Of a DNA stretch of 64,000 nt, positions 50,858-61,538 are shown piece after piece. This stretch comes from Bacteroidales bacterium (GTDB lineage Bacteria; Bacteroidota; Bacteroidia; Bacteroidales; NBLH01). The notes below the pieces were generated by a model. The model saw only the letters and a program-made list of their open reading frames with translations. It did not search any database and was not told where the DNA came from. The position numbers and the translations under genes were made by a program. Location: positions 51,192 through 115,191 of the forward strand of contig JBNKRJ010000051.1 in assembly GCA_050296515.1 (NCBI GenBank), read 5' to 3'. The first letter of the stretch is position 1, and each line of letters opens with the position of its first letter.

Positions 50858-52990
50858 ATGCACAAAACAAATAAAAACCCAGGCATTTATTTTAGGATGC
50901 TTTCAATGGGTTTAGCTGCTACAATAATATTTTTTCTTTCTTTTTCAGCAGTATTCTTTTTTAAAAATAAGCAGGAACAATTATTGTTTCAATCAAATCA
51001 AGAACAATTCAAACATGAGATAAACTCATTATTTACACTCAATAGTTCTATGATTGATAAAGTAATCTATGATTACACCTTTTGGGATGAATTTATTGAA
51101 GAAATTAAGATAAGAAATCCGGAATGGTTTAAGAATAACATCACTACTATTTTACAAGCCTTTAGCGTTGATTATGTAAGCGTATATGATACAACATTTA
51201 GTCTGATACATGAAGCCTCCTCTGACTCTCTTAGAAAAATTAAAAAGATAATTCCGCAAAATGCATTACCTCAACTTATGGAATCAAGATTCACTCATTT
51301 TTTCACATTAATTGACAATGAACTATTTGAAATAAGTGGAGGCAGCATACATCCGGATAATGACCCTACGCATACTTTAACACGGCCAGGTGGATACCTG
51401 TTTATTGCAAAAAAATGGGATCATGACTTTATAAATCAATTGTCAGCATTAAGCGGTGCAGAAGTTCAACTACTCCAAGTTTCTGATTCTGTTAAAAATG
51501 ACAAACACTATTCTATTACTACAGAACAAATACTATTAGGATGGAACAAGCTGCCTGCAGTCAAGATATTGTATGAAAAAGAGGATGAAACCATAAAGCT
51601 ATATAAAGAAATATCAAGGTATATGCTTTTCATTATTGTATGTTCCTTAACTATATTTTGGTTTTTATTTCATTTAACGACAAGAAAATGGATTAGCAGA
51701 CCACTAAAGCTTGTATCTGAAATATTAAAAACAGAAAAGGTAAAATTAATTAATGATTTGCAAAAGGCGCCAGGCGAATTTAAAAATATTGGACAACTTT
51801 TTCATGCTTACGTAAAACAAAAACATGAATTGCAAATTGCAAAGGAAAAAGCAGAAGAAAGCGAACGCCTAAAATCAGCCTTTTTAGCAAATATGAGTCA
51901 TGAAATTCGCACGCCAATGAATGGCATTCTTGGATTTGCAGAGTTATTGAAATCATCTGAAATATTGGGTACCGCTGAAACCAATTATATTAATCTAATT
52001 GAAAAAAGTGGTAACCGCTTGTTGAACATTATTAATGACTTAATTGATTTGTCAAAACTTGAGTCAGGACAAATGAATGTAACCTATTCGGATACAGATG
52101 TGAATGAAATTACCCGGTTTATACATTCGTTTTTTAAACCCGAAGCAGAAGGCCGTGGATTAAAAATAAACTTCAACAATACGCTTTTAACAAAAGAAGC
52201 AATAATAAAAACAGATAAAGAGAAACTATACGCAATACTTACAAACCTTGTAAAAAATGCTATAAAGTATAGTAAAGAAGGAACAATAGATTTTGGTTAC
52301 GTAAAGAAAGAAGAATTTTTAGAGTTCTATGTAAAAGATAACGGGATTGGAATTGCAAAGGAAAAACATCAAACAGTATTCGAGCGATTCTCACAAATAG
52401 ACACTTCATTATCAAGCAATTATGATGGAGCTGGGCTAGGACTGGCGATTACCAAAGCCTATGTTATTTTATTAGGAGGTGAGATATACCTCGAAAGCGA
52501 ATCGGGCAAGGGAACTCAATTTTATTTTACTATTCCCTACAACCCTGTTTATGTTGAAATAACTAAAATTGAGGAAGATTTAATCTCATTGAGTGAATTG
52601 CCCTTAAAGAAAAAGCTAAAAATATTAATTGTGGAAGATGAAGAAACCTCCTATTTACTTTTGAGTATTCTTCTTAAAGACATCAGTAAAGAAATACTTT
52701 ATGCAAAAACAGGGTTCGAAGCCATCGAAGTCTGCAGTGAGAATCTTGATATTGATTTAATACTACTAGATATAAAAATGCCTTTAATGCATGGTTATGC
52801 AGCTGCAAAACAGATAAGAAAATTTAATAAAGATGTAATAATTATTGCGCAAACCGCCTATGCGTTGTCAGGAGACAGGGAAAAAGCCCTTGAAGCCGGA
52901 TGCAATGCTCATATTCCAAAACCCATCAACCAGGAAAAATTGATTCAAATGATTTATAAATATGTAAATGAAAAAGAGAGGTTGCTATAG
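50858..52990 (+). CDS. Hybrid sensor histidine kinase (CHASE4 - HisKA - HATPase - REC)
   Basis: DYTFWDE (CHASE4); [44 protein letters not shown]. Confidence 0.92.
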   Translation: MHKTNKNPGIYFRMLSMGLAATIIFFLSFSAVFFFKNKQEQLLFQSNQEQFKHEINSLFTLNSSMIDKVIYDYTFWDEFIEEIKIRNPEWFKNNITTILQAFSVDYVSVYDTTFSLIHEASSDSLRKIKKIIPQNALPQLMESRFTHFFTLIDNELFEISGGSIHPDNDPTHTLTRPGGYLFIAKKWDHDFINQLSALSGAEVQLLQVSDSVKNDKHYSITTEQILLGWNKLPAVKILYEKEDETIKLYKEISRYMLFIIVCSLTIFWFLFHLTTRKWISRPLKLVSEILKTEKVKLINDLQKAPGEFKNIGQLFHAYVKQKHELQIAKEKAEESERLKSAFLANMSHEIRTPMNGILGFAELLKSSEILGTAETNYINLIEKSGNRLLNIINDLIDLSKLESGQMNVTYSDTDVNEITRFIHSFFKPEAEGRGLKINFNNTLLTKEAIIKTDKEKLYAILTNLVKNAIKYSKEGTIDFGYVKKEEFLEFYVKDNGIGIAKEKHQTVFERFSQIDTSLSSNYDGAGLGLAITKAYVILLGGEIYLESESGKGTQFYFTIPYNPVYVEITKIEEDLISLSELPLKKKLKILIVEDEETSYLLLSILLKDISKEILYAKTGFEAIEVCSENLDIDLILLDIKMPLMHGYAAAKQIRKFNKDVIIIAQTAYALSGDREKALEAGCNAHIPKPINQEKLIQMIYKYVNEKERLL

Positions 52991-53061
52991 CAACTAATTA
53001 ATCAACACTATATCTCATAAGAACTCAAAAGAAAACTACTACAATTAGTTTTATAAATTAA

Positions 53062-53652
53062 TTACATTTTCTGCAAAAACAGTTTTAAATCATCAAACGT
53101 AGTAGATTCAAAGTTCCAATGTCCTTTCAATGCACCTAAACCAAGACTGTTCGCAATAGGGTTCTGCAACGCTAAAAAGCATTGTATTCTTGATTTTGAT
53201 TCATTTTTAGGTTTTTCATTGTTGCAATTAATGAAATCATCAATACAACGATTCACAGGTAGATCGGTAATTGAATTCAGACACAAGTCCTCCAACATGC
53301 CTGAATCTTTATTATTTGGCATTACAAATATGCCAATTTTTGGATTTGTATCTGAAAAATCATTTATAATTTTTGGAACCGGAAGATTTGATTTTTTCAG
53401 AGACATAGCAATACTGTCAAATGCAGATTGAGCAGGATTATCATCAGCATCTCTTATCAACCCAAAAGAGACTACATTTCTAAAACCAGTAATGTTAGGA
53501 ATAGCTTTTATTTTTAAGTCAAATTTCCCTTTTCCACCAAAGTCAAGAAGTTGAACATCATCGATCTGAAGCTTTCTTAATAAGGCTTGAAAAAACGAAA
53601 TTTCATCTTTCCCTTCAACCGCTAGGATTTTAGTTTTATCTATAATTTCCAT
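53062..53652 (-). CDS. DUF3226 (TOPRIM-like) protein
   Basis: LAVEGKDE, FGGKG, IRDAD, GIFVMP...GMLEDL. Confidence 0.75.
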   Translation of the reverse strand: MEIIDKTKILAVEGKDEISFFQALLRKLQIDDVQLLDFGGKGKFDLKIKAIPNITGFRNVVSFGLIRDADDNPAQSAFDSIAMSLKKSNLPVPKIINDFSDTNPKIGIFVMPNNKDSGMLEDLCLNSITDLPVNRCIDDFINCNNEKPKNESKSRIQCFLALQNPIANSLGLGALKGHWNFESTTFDDLKLFLQKM

Positions 53653-53654
53653 AA

Positions 53655-54722
53655 CTACCTAATTTCCCAGTTACTTTCAAGTGACAAGTTTAATACTTCA
53701 GAATCAAATTTATATGAGGTAAATTCACCTTCATTGTTTTCTATCCTAAAAAGCCTGATGTCATCTTTATCAGTCTGTTTATTTTGGTAGACTGCATTTA
53801 AGGATTTGGCGCATTCCAGAGAATGAGTTGTAACAAAGATCTGAACATCATAAATCCTGGCAGTTTCAATTATTGATTCCCATAATTTGGGAAGAAAAGA
53901 ATAATGAAATCCATCTTCAATTTCATCAATCAAAACCATACCACCTTCGGCGTCGGCAATTGTCACCAAAATATAGAGTAGTTTTTTTATACCATCTCCC
54001 ATTATTTGAATAGGAGATAATTTATCAAATCCAATATCAATATAAATCATATTATTAGCACCCAACGATACATCCACTACTCTACTATCCAGTATTCTTA
54101 AAGATTTGATAAAACTATCTAATTTCTTTTTTATAATAACTCTATCAATTCGGTTATAAATATCACCATGATCGGTTGCATGAAACAAAAAAATCCCTCT
54201 TAGTTTTTCAATGTAATCTTTTGTTGGAGAATAAGTTATACCCTTAGATGTATATTGTAATAATGCTTTTTGAAATTTATCTTTTGACAATTTATTGGTC
54301 TTTACAGAAAAATTAAACTCTATACCATTAACTAATCTTTTATGAATAGTTGAACTTGAATCAAAACTTGATGTATCACCGCTTTTCTTAACAGATGATT
54401 CCTCGTAGATAGGTTTTATTACTAACCTTCGAAACTGATTGTTTTTTACAAATTCAGTATTGATTTCAATTTGATTATTATAGTCTTGTTTATTAAAGAT
54501 ATATTGAAAATCATCATTTTCCACATGTAAAAGTCCTCTAAATCTATCAATGTTTGTAACCAAATTTGGGTTTGAAACCCCTAATGATAAAAAAATAGCT
54601 TCAAGCAGTGAGGTCTTTCCACTATTATTTTTACCAACAAATAAATTCACTTCCTTAAAATCATCTACTTCAATATTAGTAAAGCCACGAAAATTTGTAA
54701 TATTAATGCGATATAGTTTCAC
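53655..54722 (-). CDS. AAA_15/AAA_21 ABC-type ATPase
   Basis: ITNFRGF, VGKNNSGKTS (Walker A), MGDG signature, LIDEIEDGFH (Walker B/D-loop), VTTHS. Confidence 0.88.
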   Translation of the reverse strand: MKLYRINITNFRGFTNIEVDDFKEVNLFVGKNNSGKTSLLEAIFLSLGVSNPNLVTNIDRFRGLLHVENDDFQYIFNKQDYNNQIEINTEFVKNNQFRRLVIKPIYEESSVKKSGDTSSFDSSSTIHKRLVNGIEFNFSVKTNKLSKDKFQKALLQYTSKGITYSPTKDYIEKLRGIFLFHATDHGDIYNRIDRVIIKKKLDSFIKSLRILDSRVVDVSLGANNMIYIDIGFDKLSPIQIMGDGIKKLLYILVTIADAEGGMVLIDEIEDGFHYSFLPKLWESIIETARIYDVQIFVTTHSLECAKSLNAVYQNKQTDKDDIRLFRIENNEGEFTSYKFDSEVLNLSLESNWEIR

Positions 54723-54930
54723 TTGTTTAAATTTTAGTTAAGTAATTGATATTTATTCACTTCTCTTAAACCATTTATATGGAGTTCATGAGCTTGCTTC
54801 GCAAGGTTAAACATATTCTTTTGTAGAGCGATTATTCGCTTCGCTTATGAGAGCACTTCGTTAAGTTAAGTTTCTTTATAAACCCCGAAGGGCTCAGCGT
54901 AAACTAATCCCTCTATGAGGCTTTCATTTG
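54717..54930 (-). repeat. Leader repeat copy A (inverted partner of 61539-61694)
   Basis: Reverse complement of 54717-54832 aligns to 61578-61694 at about 99/117 columns (manual count), with a 35-bp identical core; 54906-54930 aligns to 61539-61563 at 21/25. Confidence 0.9.
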
Positions 54931-55085
54931 TTTATTCTTTTGTGCTTAACCTTTTAAACAGAGCTTAAATTTTATGCGTAAAAATATCTAAATCAATTAA
55001 ACAAGCAAAATATGATTATCAATTTAGTAATAAACAATTGCAAAAGCATGAATTATAAAAGATGATGAAAAACTGCTAAACCAAC

Positions 55086-58000
55086 CTATTTCTCCACTTT
55101 CACCCTGATTCCCTCAGAATGAGAAGTAAACTCAGGTGCATACATGCATTGAATAGTTGTCACCCCATTTGAAAAATCACCTTTGTGAGTAACACGCAAT
55201 GGATATTCAAATACATAGGTTCCTTTTGGTAATGCTTCCATAAAAAAGTTGGTAGCAGCATCTTTTGTACTCTCATAATATCCAAGACCATCCTGCCACT
55301 TGTAAGTTGAGATTACGTTAATTGGCTCAAAACCTGAAGCCCGCATATCTTTCATATGAATGTATTCCATTCTTCGGTCAACTCTTAACTCAATTCGTAC
55401 AATGACTTTATCACCAATTTTTAGTTCATTATTATCTGAAATAGGTTCTATTACTTTGCCCCTTTCAGTTAGTTTCTCAATAAACAATTGCTTTTTAAGC
55501 TTTAATGGCGTTTCATGTGGAGTAATTTTATCCAGTTGCTCAAAATACTGCCAGTAAACTGCTCCCCAGGACACACCTTCGTCTGATTTGGTGACAGTAA
55601 CATTTCCCATTTCAGGCTTAATCTCTCCCCTGCCCCATGATGTTTTGAAATATCCGGTTCCTGCTTCTACTTTTACATCATCCATTTTTTTAGGATCAAT
55701 AATTTGATCACCCATTTTTATTTCAACTAACTTATCGCTTGCCAGCCAATCGCTTCCTCGCAGTAATAATGAATAGATTGCTTCTGTGGTTGCTTTTGTC
55801 GTCTTCCAATCCTGGGTCTGTTTTTGCTTTAACAACCACACTTTCAAATCATTAACAGCTGTCTGGTCATTAGCCACTTCGTCAAATACTTCAATCATTA
55901 GTGCCTGAGTTTCAATAGGTGCCTGGTACCAGTACCATCCACCAACATTGTCAATCCAGTACATGCCCATTTCTTCGTTGCTGGTTGAGTTTTCTTTCAA
56001 GGATTTCACAATATCAGCAGGAACAATTTTGTTTTCGTATCGGTGTAATCCAAGAGCAATCATACCTTGCATGTACTTGCTTTGCGACAACCAGTACTTT
56101 TCAGCCTGACTTTTAAAATAATCAAAAGCTTCTTTACTTCTTGCAGGTATTTGTATATCTGTAAAATAACTTCTGCCATAAAGATATTGAATAGCATCAT
56201 AACTTAAATGATTTTCCTCCAGCTCCTCTTTGGTATAATTTTTCTTTAGCCAATCGTAATCTTCTTTGATACGAACATCCAAATAACCAATAGCATTTTG
56301 CAGCATGTTCCATGTTTTTTGATCGGTTCGAACGGTTTTCACACCTAATTTATCCAAATGTCCCATTCCTGTAACAATGTGCTGGGTAATGTATCTGCTT
56401 TCTGGCATTCCTTTAAACCATGGCCATCCACCATTTGACTTTTGGGCTTTCTGCACCTTTTTTAATGCACGACCCAATTCATCGCCCATTCTGTTTAAAT
56501 CAAACAATAACCCAACATGGTTTTTTCGCTCTGTTTCGTTCTTACCATTTAATACCCAGGGAGTTTCTTCAAGCAATACTGCTTTTAATTCCTGGTTTTT
56601 CTCTAAATTAGAAAGCAAAGCTTCCGATCCTTTGGTATTTTTCCATGAATCAAAAACCTGTTTTATTTTCGGACTTGAATTGGCAATGTGCGATGCAATA
56701 CTGTTTGCATAAAAACGACTGAAAGTCTGCTCGGTACATTCATACGGATATTCCATCAAATAAGGCAGTGCCTGAACAGCATACCAAGCCGGATTTGAAG
56801 TGAACTCAAGCGTCAGCTTCTGATGCCGTAAAGTACTTGATTTACCGGAATTTATCAGTTTCTCAAACTTGTATGTTTTGGTTTGATTTCCCCTTACTGG
56901 TAATGGCATTGATTCGGTAACCAGCATTCGGTTAGTTAACACAGGCAATGGTTTTTGCTCACCATCAGAAAAGTCACCTGCTTTGGCGACCACCTTGTAC
57001 ATAATTGCATCAACTCCTTCAGGAATTTCAAGATTCCAGCTAACCAAACTGTTTTTCCCTGCTTTTACCTCAAAGTCCCTGGTCTCTTGCTCATTCTTTG
57101 CAAAAATTGTACTGACAGGTTTCATGCTTATCGCATCAAACAACTCAAGTTTTACTTTTCCAGTTAAGTTTTTATCTGAAATATTACTGATTTTTACAGG
57201 GAAAGTAATCTTATCGTTCTCGCGGAAAAAACGAGGCTCATTGGGTAACAGCATTAAATCTTTCTGCGTAACCAATTCATTGGTAATTGAGCCATATTGC
57301 AAATCTTTTGTAGTTGCAAAACCCATCATTTTCCATTTAGTAAGTGACTCAGGTACAGTGAATTCCACAATTACTTCACCTTCTTTGTTAGTCCTCAAAT
57401 GAGGATAGAAAAATGCCGTTTCATTAAAATTGGTTCTGACTTTCACATTTGAAAAATCTTCCTCACTTTTACCTCCTGCCAAATCGCCTCCTTGTTGTTT
57501 TAAATCACTGATGTTCGTTGTTGTAATATCCTCTTCCCGCAATTCCTTTTCGGAGGTTGGCGCATCGTCATCAAATGAGTCGGCCTTAGCCTCCATCATT
57601 GGTGCAGGTACAGCTTTTCCAACTTTTCTTTTGAGTGAAAGCCTATTATTTCCTCTTACTCTGCCATAACCCGTTACAACAACTTCATCCAAACCACCAT
57701 AATAATTATAATAACCAGGATAATAGTTAAATTCAAACCAGTTAAAGTAATCATAGTATAGATTCGCCACATATACAGGCATGTCCAGATTCTTTTTAAT
57801 CAATGTTGAATTCAAATAACTAAATGTTCCTGTATTCCAGGTTCTTGCCGTGTAGTAGGAATTGTAAACATTAAAATCCCAATAATTGGTCCTGAATTGA
57901 TCTAGTGAAGCATCATAGAGGGTCGCAAGCATTTCTGCTGCCACTTTATCACCTTTGTGCCCTTTAATTTTTAGTCTCCATTGCTCTTTTTCACCTGGAT

Positions 58001-61000
58001 ACAACTTATCACGGAAGGTTTCAAATTCAATATCCAGATATTTATTAGAATAAGGTACATATACCACTGAGTTGTGATTGTAGTACCTATTATCCTTTAC
58101 AAAAACGAAATGAACAGAAAAATTACCACGATGCTTTTCCTCAACCGGAATTTTAATCAGCTTTTGCTCATTATTTAAAGTAAGATATTGAGATAAAACT
58201 ATTTGGTCCTTGTGTTCTACCTGATACAAAACGGTTACATTTTTATTGCTTGTACCTATTAAAAACTCAGCCTCCTCTCCAGGCTCACAATAAGTCTTAA
58301 CTGCTGAAAATAAATCAATTACCTTATAGGGCATCTCATTTCCTTCATCCGAAAAAACATTAAAGAAATGTTTGTTGCTTACCTTGTTACCAAATGCATC
58401 GGTTGAAGAGATTTCAGCCACATACCTTCCGGTTTCAAATCCTTTTACAACTGAAAAATCAAGTTTCTTTTGCTCTTTTGTATTAAAAACAGTCATAAAT
58501 ACCTGCTTGTCCTTCTCCAATTGCAGGTTTTCCGATTCATTATCGTAAATATTACCCGGAAACTTCTCGTTCCATTCCTCTTTTGTAAAAATGTGCTTAT
58601 CAGGTCTTGTCCAATGCCTTGCTCTTATGGCTTCGGGCAAATCCTTTAGTTTATAAATCTTTATCTCGCCACTTGCCGGAATATACTCACTATTAAGATT
58701 ATAAGTCCCTATTTGTATTAGCTTATCATCTTCATCATCATATCTTTTATCATTTTTATTAATCAATCCCGAAAGAGGCAAACTTACCTGCAATGCCCTG
58801 TACCCAACATTCAGATTTTTAGAAGTGCTTTGTGTTTCCCCATTAATATCGGTTACATCGACCTTAATCTGGTAATTAAAAGATAAGAACTCATTTTCCT
58901 CATAGGATAAATCAGGTAAAGCTTTGAATTTCAATTTATAATGCCCATTATCATCCGTCTGCAACTCACCATTTTTAATTTCAACCGGAACACTATTAAA
59001 AGCCCAATACCACCAGCCACGCCACTGTGGAGTCCGGATAATTCGATATTTCACATTTGCTTCACTAACAGCAGCACCTGAATAACTCGTTGCTTTTCCT
59101 TCTACTTCCACTTCATCATTTAACAAATAATTTCCTTTAAACGGAAGCATCTCTACCTCAAACTTTGGTCGCTTGTATTCCTCTACAGAAATATATTTTG
59201 AGCCATTGTAGCACTCCAACAAGAAGTTTCCGTTTAACAACCCGGTTGGGATATCAAATGTTCCACTAAAAGTACCATATTCATTTGTTTTAAGGTTTAG
59301 TTCTGCAACTTTCTGATGGTTCACATCTTTCAAAACAACAGTTACACTATACCCGGTTTCAATTTTATTGGTTTCACCATCGGATCTGATACTAATTCCC
59401 TTAAAATAAATGGTTTGACCAGGTCGATAAATGGCCCTGTCTGTGAAAAAAGTAGTATAAACATTTGAATACTTTTCGTGTGGCTGGTAGTAGATATAGG
59501 AACCATTTGCTGTTGTTAGGTAGTCACCAGCATATGAAAAGTTTACATTCCAGCTTTGAGAGTCTTTGCCCTTGACTGCCTTAATAACAAAACTACCATC
59601 CTGAACAGTAGTATAAACATTTCCCATTTTTTCAACATACCTACGCTTTGAATAACTGTACTTAGAATACCATGATTGACAAGTCACTCCCTGCATTGGC
59701 ATACCTGTAGTTCTGTTTAGCACCACATAGCGGAAAGAGCCATCGTATTGCTGTTGTTTGATGTAACTGATATTTGATACCGTAAAGGCCTGAAAGGCCG
59801 ACATTGCCTCATTGTAATCAAATCCTTCATTATCAGAAACTAATAAAACATAAAACCCGACCGGAAGTTGATTAAGTATGACTTCTACTGAATGCTCATT
59901 AAAGTCCTTATCAACAGGCAAGTCATAATTTAAAGTATAAACCTGGTCAGACGATTTTTTAATTTTGTCGTACAACTCTTCATAACTATATTTCCCATAT
60001 AGTTTTTCATACTTTGCACGACTCATTTTAGCCGCCCTGATATAAACCTTATTAATGTTTCGATAATTTATCTTTGCCGAAAACTTTGCATCCGGCATCA
60101 CAATACTTTCGGTATTAAAACTTAAGTTATGTGTTTCGATGGTGATAATTAGCTGTTTGCAATGTCCTGCTGCGTTTGTTTTTGGAAACTTTTCAATTAC
60201 TTTATTACAAATCTTATGAGCCTTAACACGGTAGTTTTTGTATTGATCTGTGGCCTTTGATAATGGATCGTACTTGCCTGATAAATTATAATAATATTGC
60301 GCGATGGCCAGTGAAACCTCACCTGAGAAAGGATTCGAGTTGTATTTATTTTCAAGCTTTGTCAATGCTTCAAGATACAGACCTTCTTTGTTATTATGAA
60401 CTGAATGAGCATATGCAAACTTTAGCCTTTTTAAATCTACATCAATTAAAGCTTCAACTTCTTTTGCATGGTTCAGCCTGAATTTTAGTAAATCCTGGAA
60501 AATCAGCTGAGCATGAAAATGTAACGATAAAGTATCTGCAGTTTTAATATCTTTTGTAATAAATTTATTTGCATCTGAAAAGTAAAAGTCTTCCCTTAAC
60601 TCAAAATTATCAGCAGGCTTTGTCAAAGCAATTTCTGTATTTGAGAAAAAATCAACTGCCTTATGCGCCAAAAAATCATACAAAGTAGGCCGCAAAGTCT
60701 TTGGTTTTGTTCCGGAATAAATCAGTTCTTTATACTTTTCAGTAGGAATCTTCTGAAGCTCCTCTTTGTTCGTTAAAGACTGATTATAGTTAATAATCAT
60801 CTCATTAACAAGATGATCCAGCGTCCAGGTTTCCATGTCTGCATTATCGAAATTTACCGTATTACTCCGATCCTGAAATTTGTATCGGTTGTTTTGATAA
60901 TACCACCAGTACATGTCAGCAAGCATGGAGTGCATAATTGCCTTATCTGGGAAAACAGCTTCTTTTACAGCTGAATCCAACTCATAGCAAAGCTTTTCAA

Positions 61001-61253
61001 AGGCTTTTTCCTCGTTTGAATTTTTATATTTTAATCGAAAAATAAATGATTTAATGACTTGCTCAGAGTTTTTATCTGATTTAGCCTTTGCTAAGATTTC
61101 ATTAACCACCTCAAGTGCAGATTTTGGAAGCCCTTTTTTCTCAAGACTATCCACCTCGGTCCATTTCGACTGGTAAAACTTCATGTTTTGCGCATTTAGA
61201 TTAGAAATAAATAAAAAAGTTAGAAAGAATAAGATTACGATTTTTGATTTCAT
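55086..61253 (-). CDS. Bacterial alpha-2-macroglobulin family protein
   Basis: FTDRAIYRPGQ, VEEYKRPKFEV, VRTNFNETAFF.P, PESLTKW, thioester YPYECTEQ, MYAPEF. Confidence 0.93.
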   Translation of the reverse strand: MKSKIVILFFLTFLFISNLNAQNMKFYQSKWTEVDSLEKKGLPKSALEVVNEILAKAKSDKNSEQVIKSFIFRLKYKNSNEEKAFEKLCYELDSAVKEAVFPDKAIMHSMLADMYWWYYQNNRYKFQDRSNTVNFDNADMETWTLDHLVNEMIINYNQSLTNKEELQKIPTEKYKELIYSGTKPKTLRPTLYDFLAHKAVDFFSNTEIALTKPADNFELREDFYFSDANKFITKDIKTADTLSLHFHAQLIFQDLLKFRLNHAKEVEALIDVDLKRLKFAYAHSVHNNKEGLYLEALTKLENKYNSNPFSGEVSLAIAQYYYNLSGKYDPLSKATDQYKNYRVKAHKICNKVIEKFPKTNAAGHCKQLIITIETHNLSFNTESIVMPDAKFSAKINYRNINKVYIRAAKMSRAKYEKLYGKYSYEELYDKIKKSSDQVYTLNYDLPVDKDFNEHSVEVILNQLPVGFYVLLVSDNEGFDYNEAMSAFQAFTVSNISYIKQQQYDGSFRYVVLNRTTGMPMQGVTCQSWYSKYSYSKRRYVEKMGNVYTTVQDGSFVIKAVKGKDSQSWNVNFSYAGDYLTTANGSYIYYQPHEKYSNVYTTFFTDRAIYRPGQTIYFKGISIRSDGETNKIETGYSVTVVLKDVNHQKVAELNLKTNEYGTFSGTFDIPTGLLNGNFLLECYNGSKYISVEEYKRPKFEVEMLPFKGNYLLNDEVEVEGKATSYSGAAVSEANVKYRIIRTPQWRGWWYWAFNSVPVEIKNGELQTDDNGHYKLKFKALPDLSYEENEFLSFNYQIKVDVTDINGETQSTSKNLNVGYRALQVSLPLSGLINKNDKRYDDEDDKLIQIGTYNLNSEYIPASGEIKIYKLKDLPEAIRARHWTRPDKHIFTKEEWNEKFPGNIYDNESENLQLEKDKQVFMTVFNTKEQKKLDFSVVKGFETGRYVAEISSTDAFGNKVSNKHFFNVFSDEGNEMPYKVIDLFSAVKTYCEPGEEAEFLIGTSNKNVTVLYQVEHKDQIVLSQYLTLNNEQKLIKIPVEEKHRGNFSVHFVFVKDNRYYNHNSVVYVPYSNKYLDIEFETFRDKLYPGEKEQWRLKIKGHKGDKVAAEMLATLYDASLDQFRTNYWDFNVYNSYYTARTWNTGTFSYLNSTLIKKNLDMPVYVANLYYDYFNWFEFNYYPGYYNYYGGLDEVVVTGYGRVRGNNRLSLKRKVGKAVPAPMMEAKADSFDDDAPTSEKELREEDITTTNISDLKQQGGDLAGGKSEEDFSNVKVRTNFNETAFFYPHLRTNKEGEVIVEFTVPESLTKWKMMGFATTKDLQYGSITNELVTQKDLMLLPNEPRFFRENDKITFPVKISNISDKNLTGKVKLELFDAISMKPVSTIFAKNEQETRDFEVKAGKNSLVSWNLEIPEGVDAIMYKVVAKAGDFSDGEQKPLPVLTNRMLVTESMPLPVRGNQTKTYKFEKLINSGKSSTLRHQKLTLEFTSNPAWYAVQALPYLMEYPYECTEQTFSRFYANSIASHIANSSPKIKQVFDSWKNTKGSEALLSNLEKNQELKAVLLEETPWVLNGKNETERKNHVGLLFDLNRMGDELGRALKKVQKAQKSNGGWPWFKGMPESRYITQHIVTGMGHLDKLGVKTVRTDQKTWNMLQNAIGYLDVRIKEDYDWLKKNYTKEELEENHLSYDAIQYLYGRSYFTDIQIPARSKEAFDYFKSQAEKYWLSQSKYMQGMIALGLHRYENKIVPADIVKSLKENSTSNEEMGMYWIDNVGGWYWYQAPIETQALMIEVFDEVANDQTAVNDLKVWLLKQKQTQDWKTTKATTEAIYSLLLRGSDWLASDKLVEIKMGDQIIDPKKMDDVKVEAGTGYFKTSWGRGEIKPEMGNVTVTKSDEGVSWGAVYWQYFEQLDKITPHETPLKLKKQLFIEKLTERGKVIEPISDNNELKIGDKVIVRIELRVDRRMEYIHMKDMRASGFEPINVISTYKWQDGLGYYESTKDAATNFFMEALPKGTYVFEYPLRVTHKGDFSNGVTTIQCMYAPEFTSHSEGIRVKVEK

Positions 61254-61538
61254 GACGAATAAATTAAGTGCATGATAATTAGCAATGTTAATTTCAATAG
61301 TTAAACTTCATTCAGTTTTGATGATATTCATTTCGAGTCATTGGTCAATAGCCTTTAATACAGGAATCCAATATCAATGACTAGTGACTAATAACCAATT
61401 TCTATTATTGAAGATACGAAAAAAAAGTAATTCCATAATTTTACCCCAAACTGAAAAAACATTTTGCCTATGAATTACAATTCTCTATTTTTGAATTAAA
61501 TCCGGTACTCCTCACTAATATTTACATTTAATAATTAT

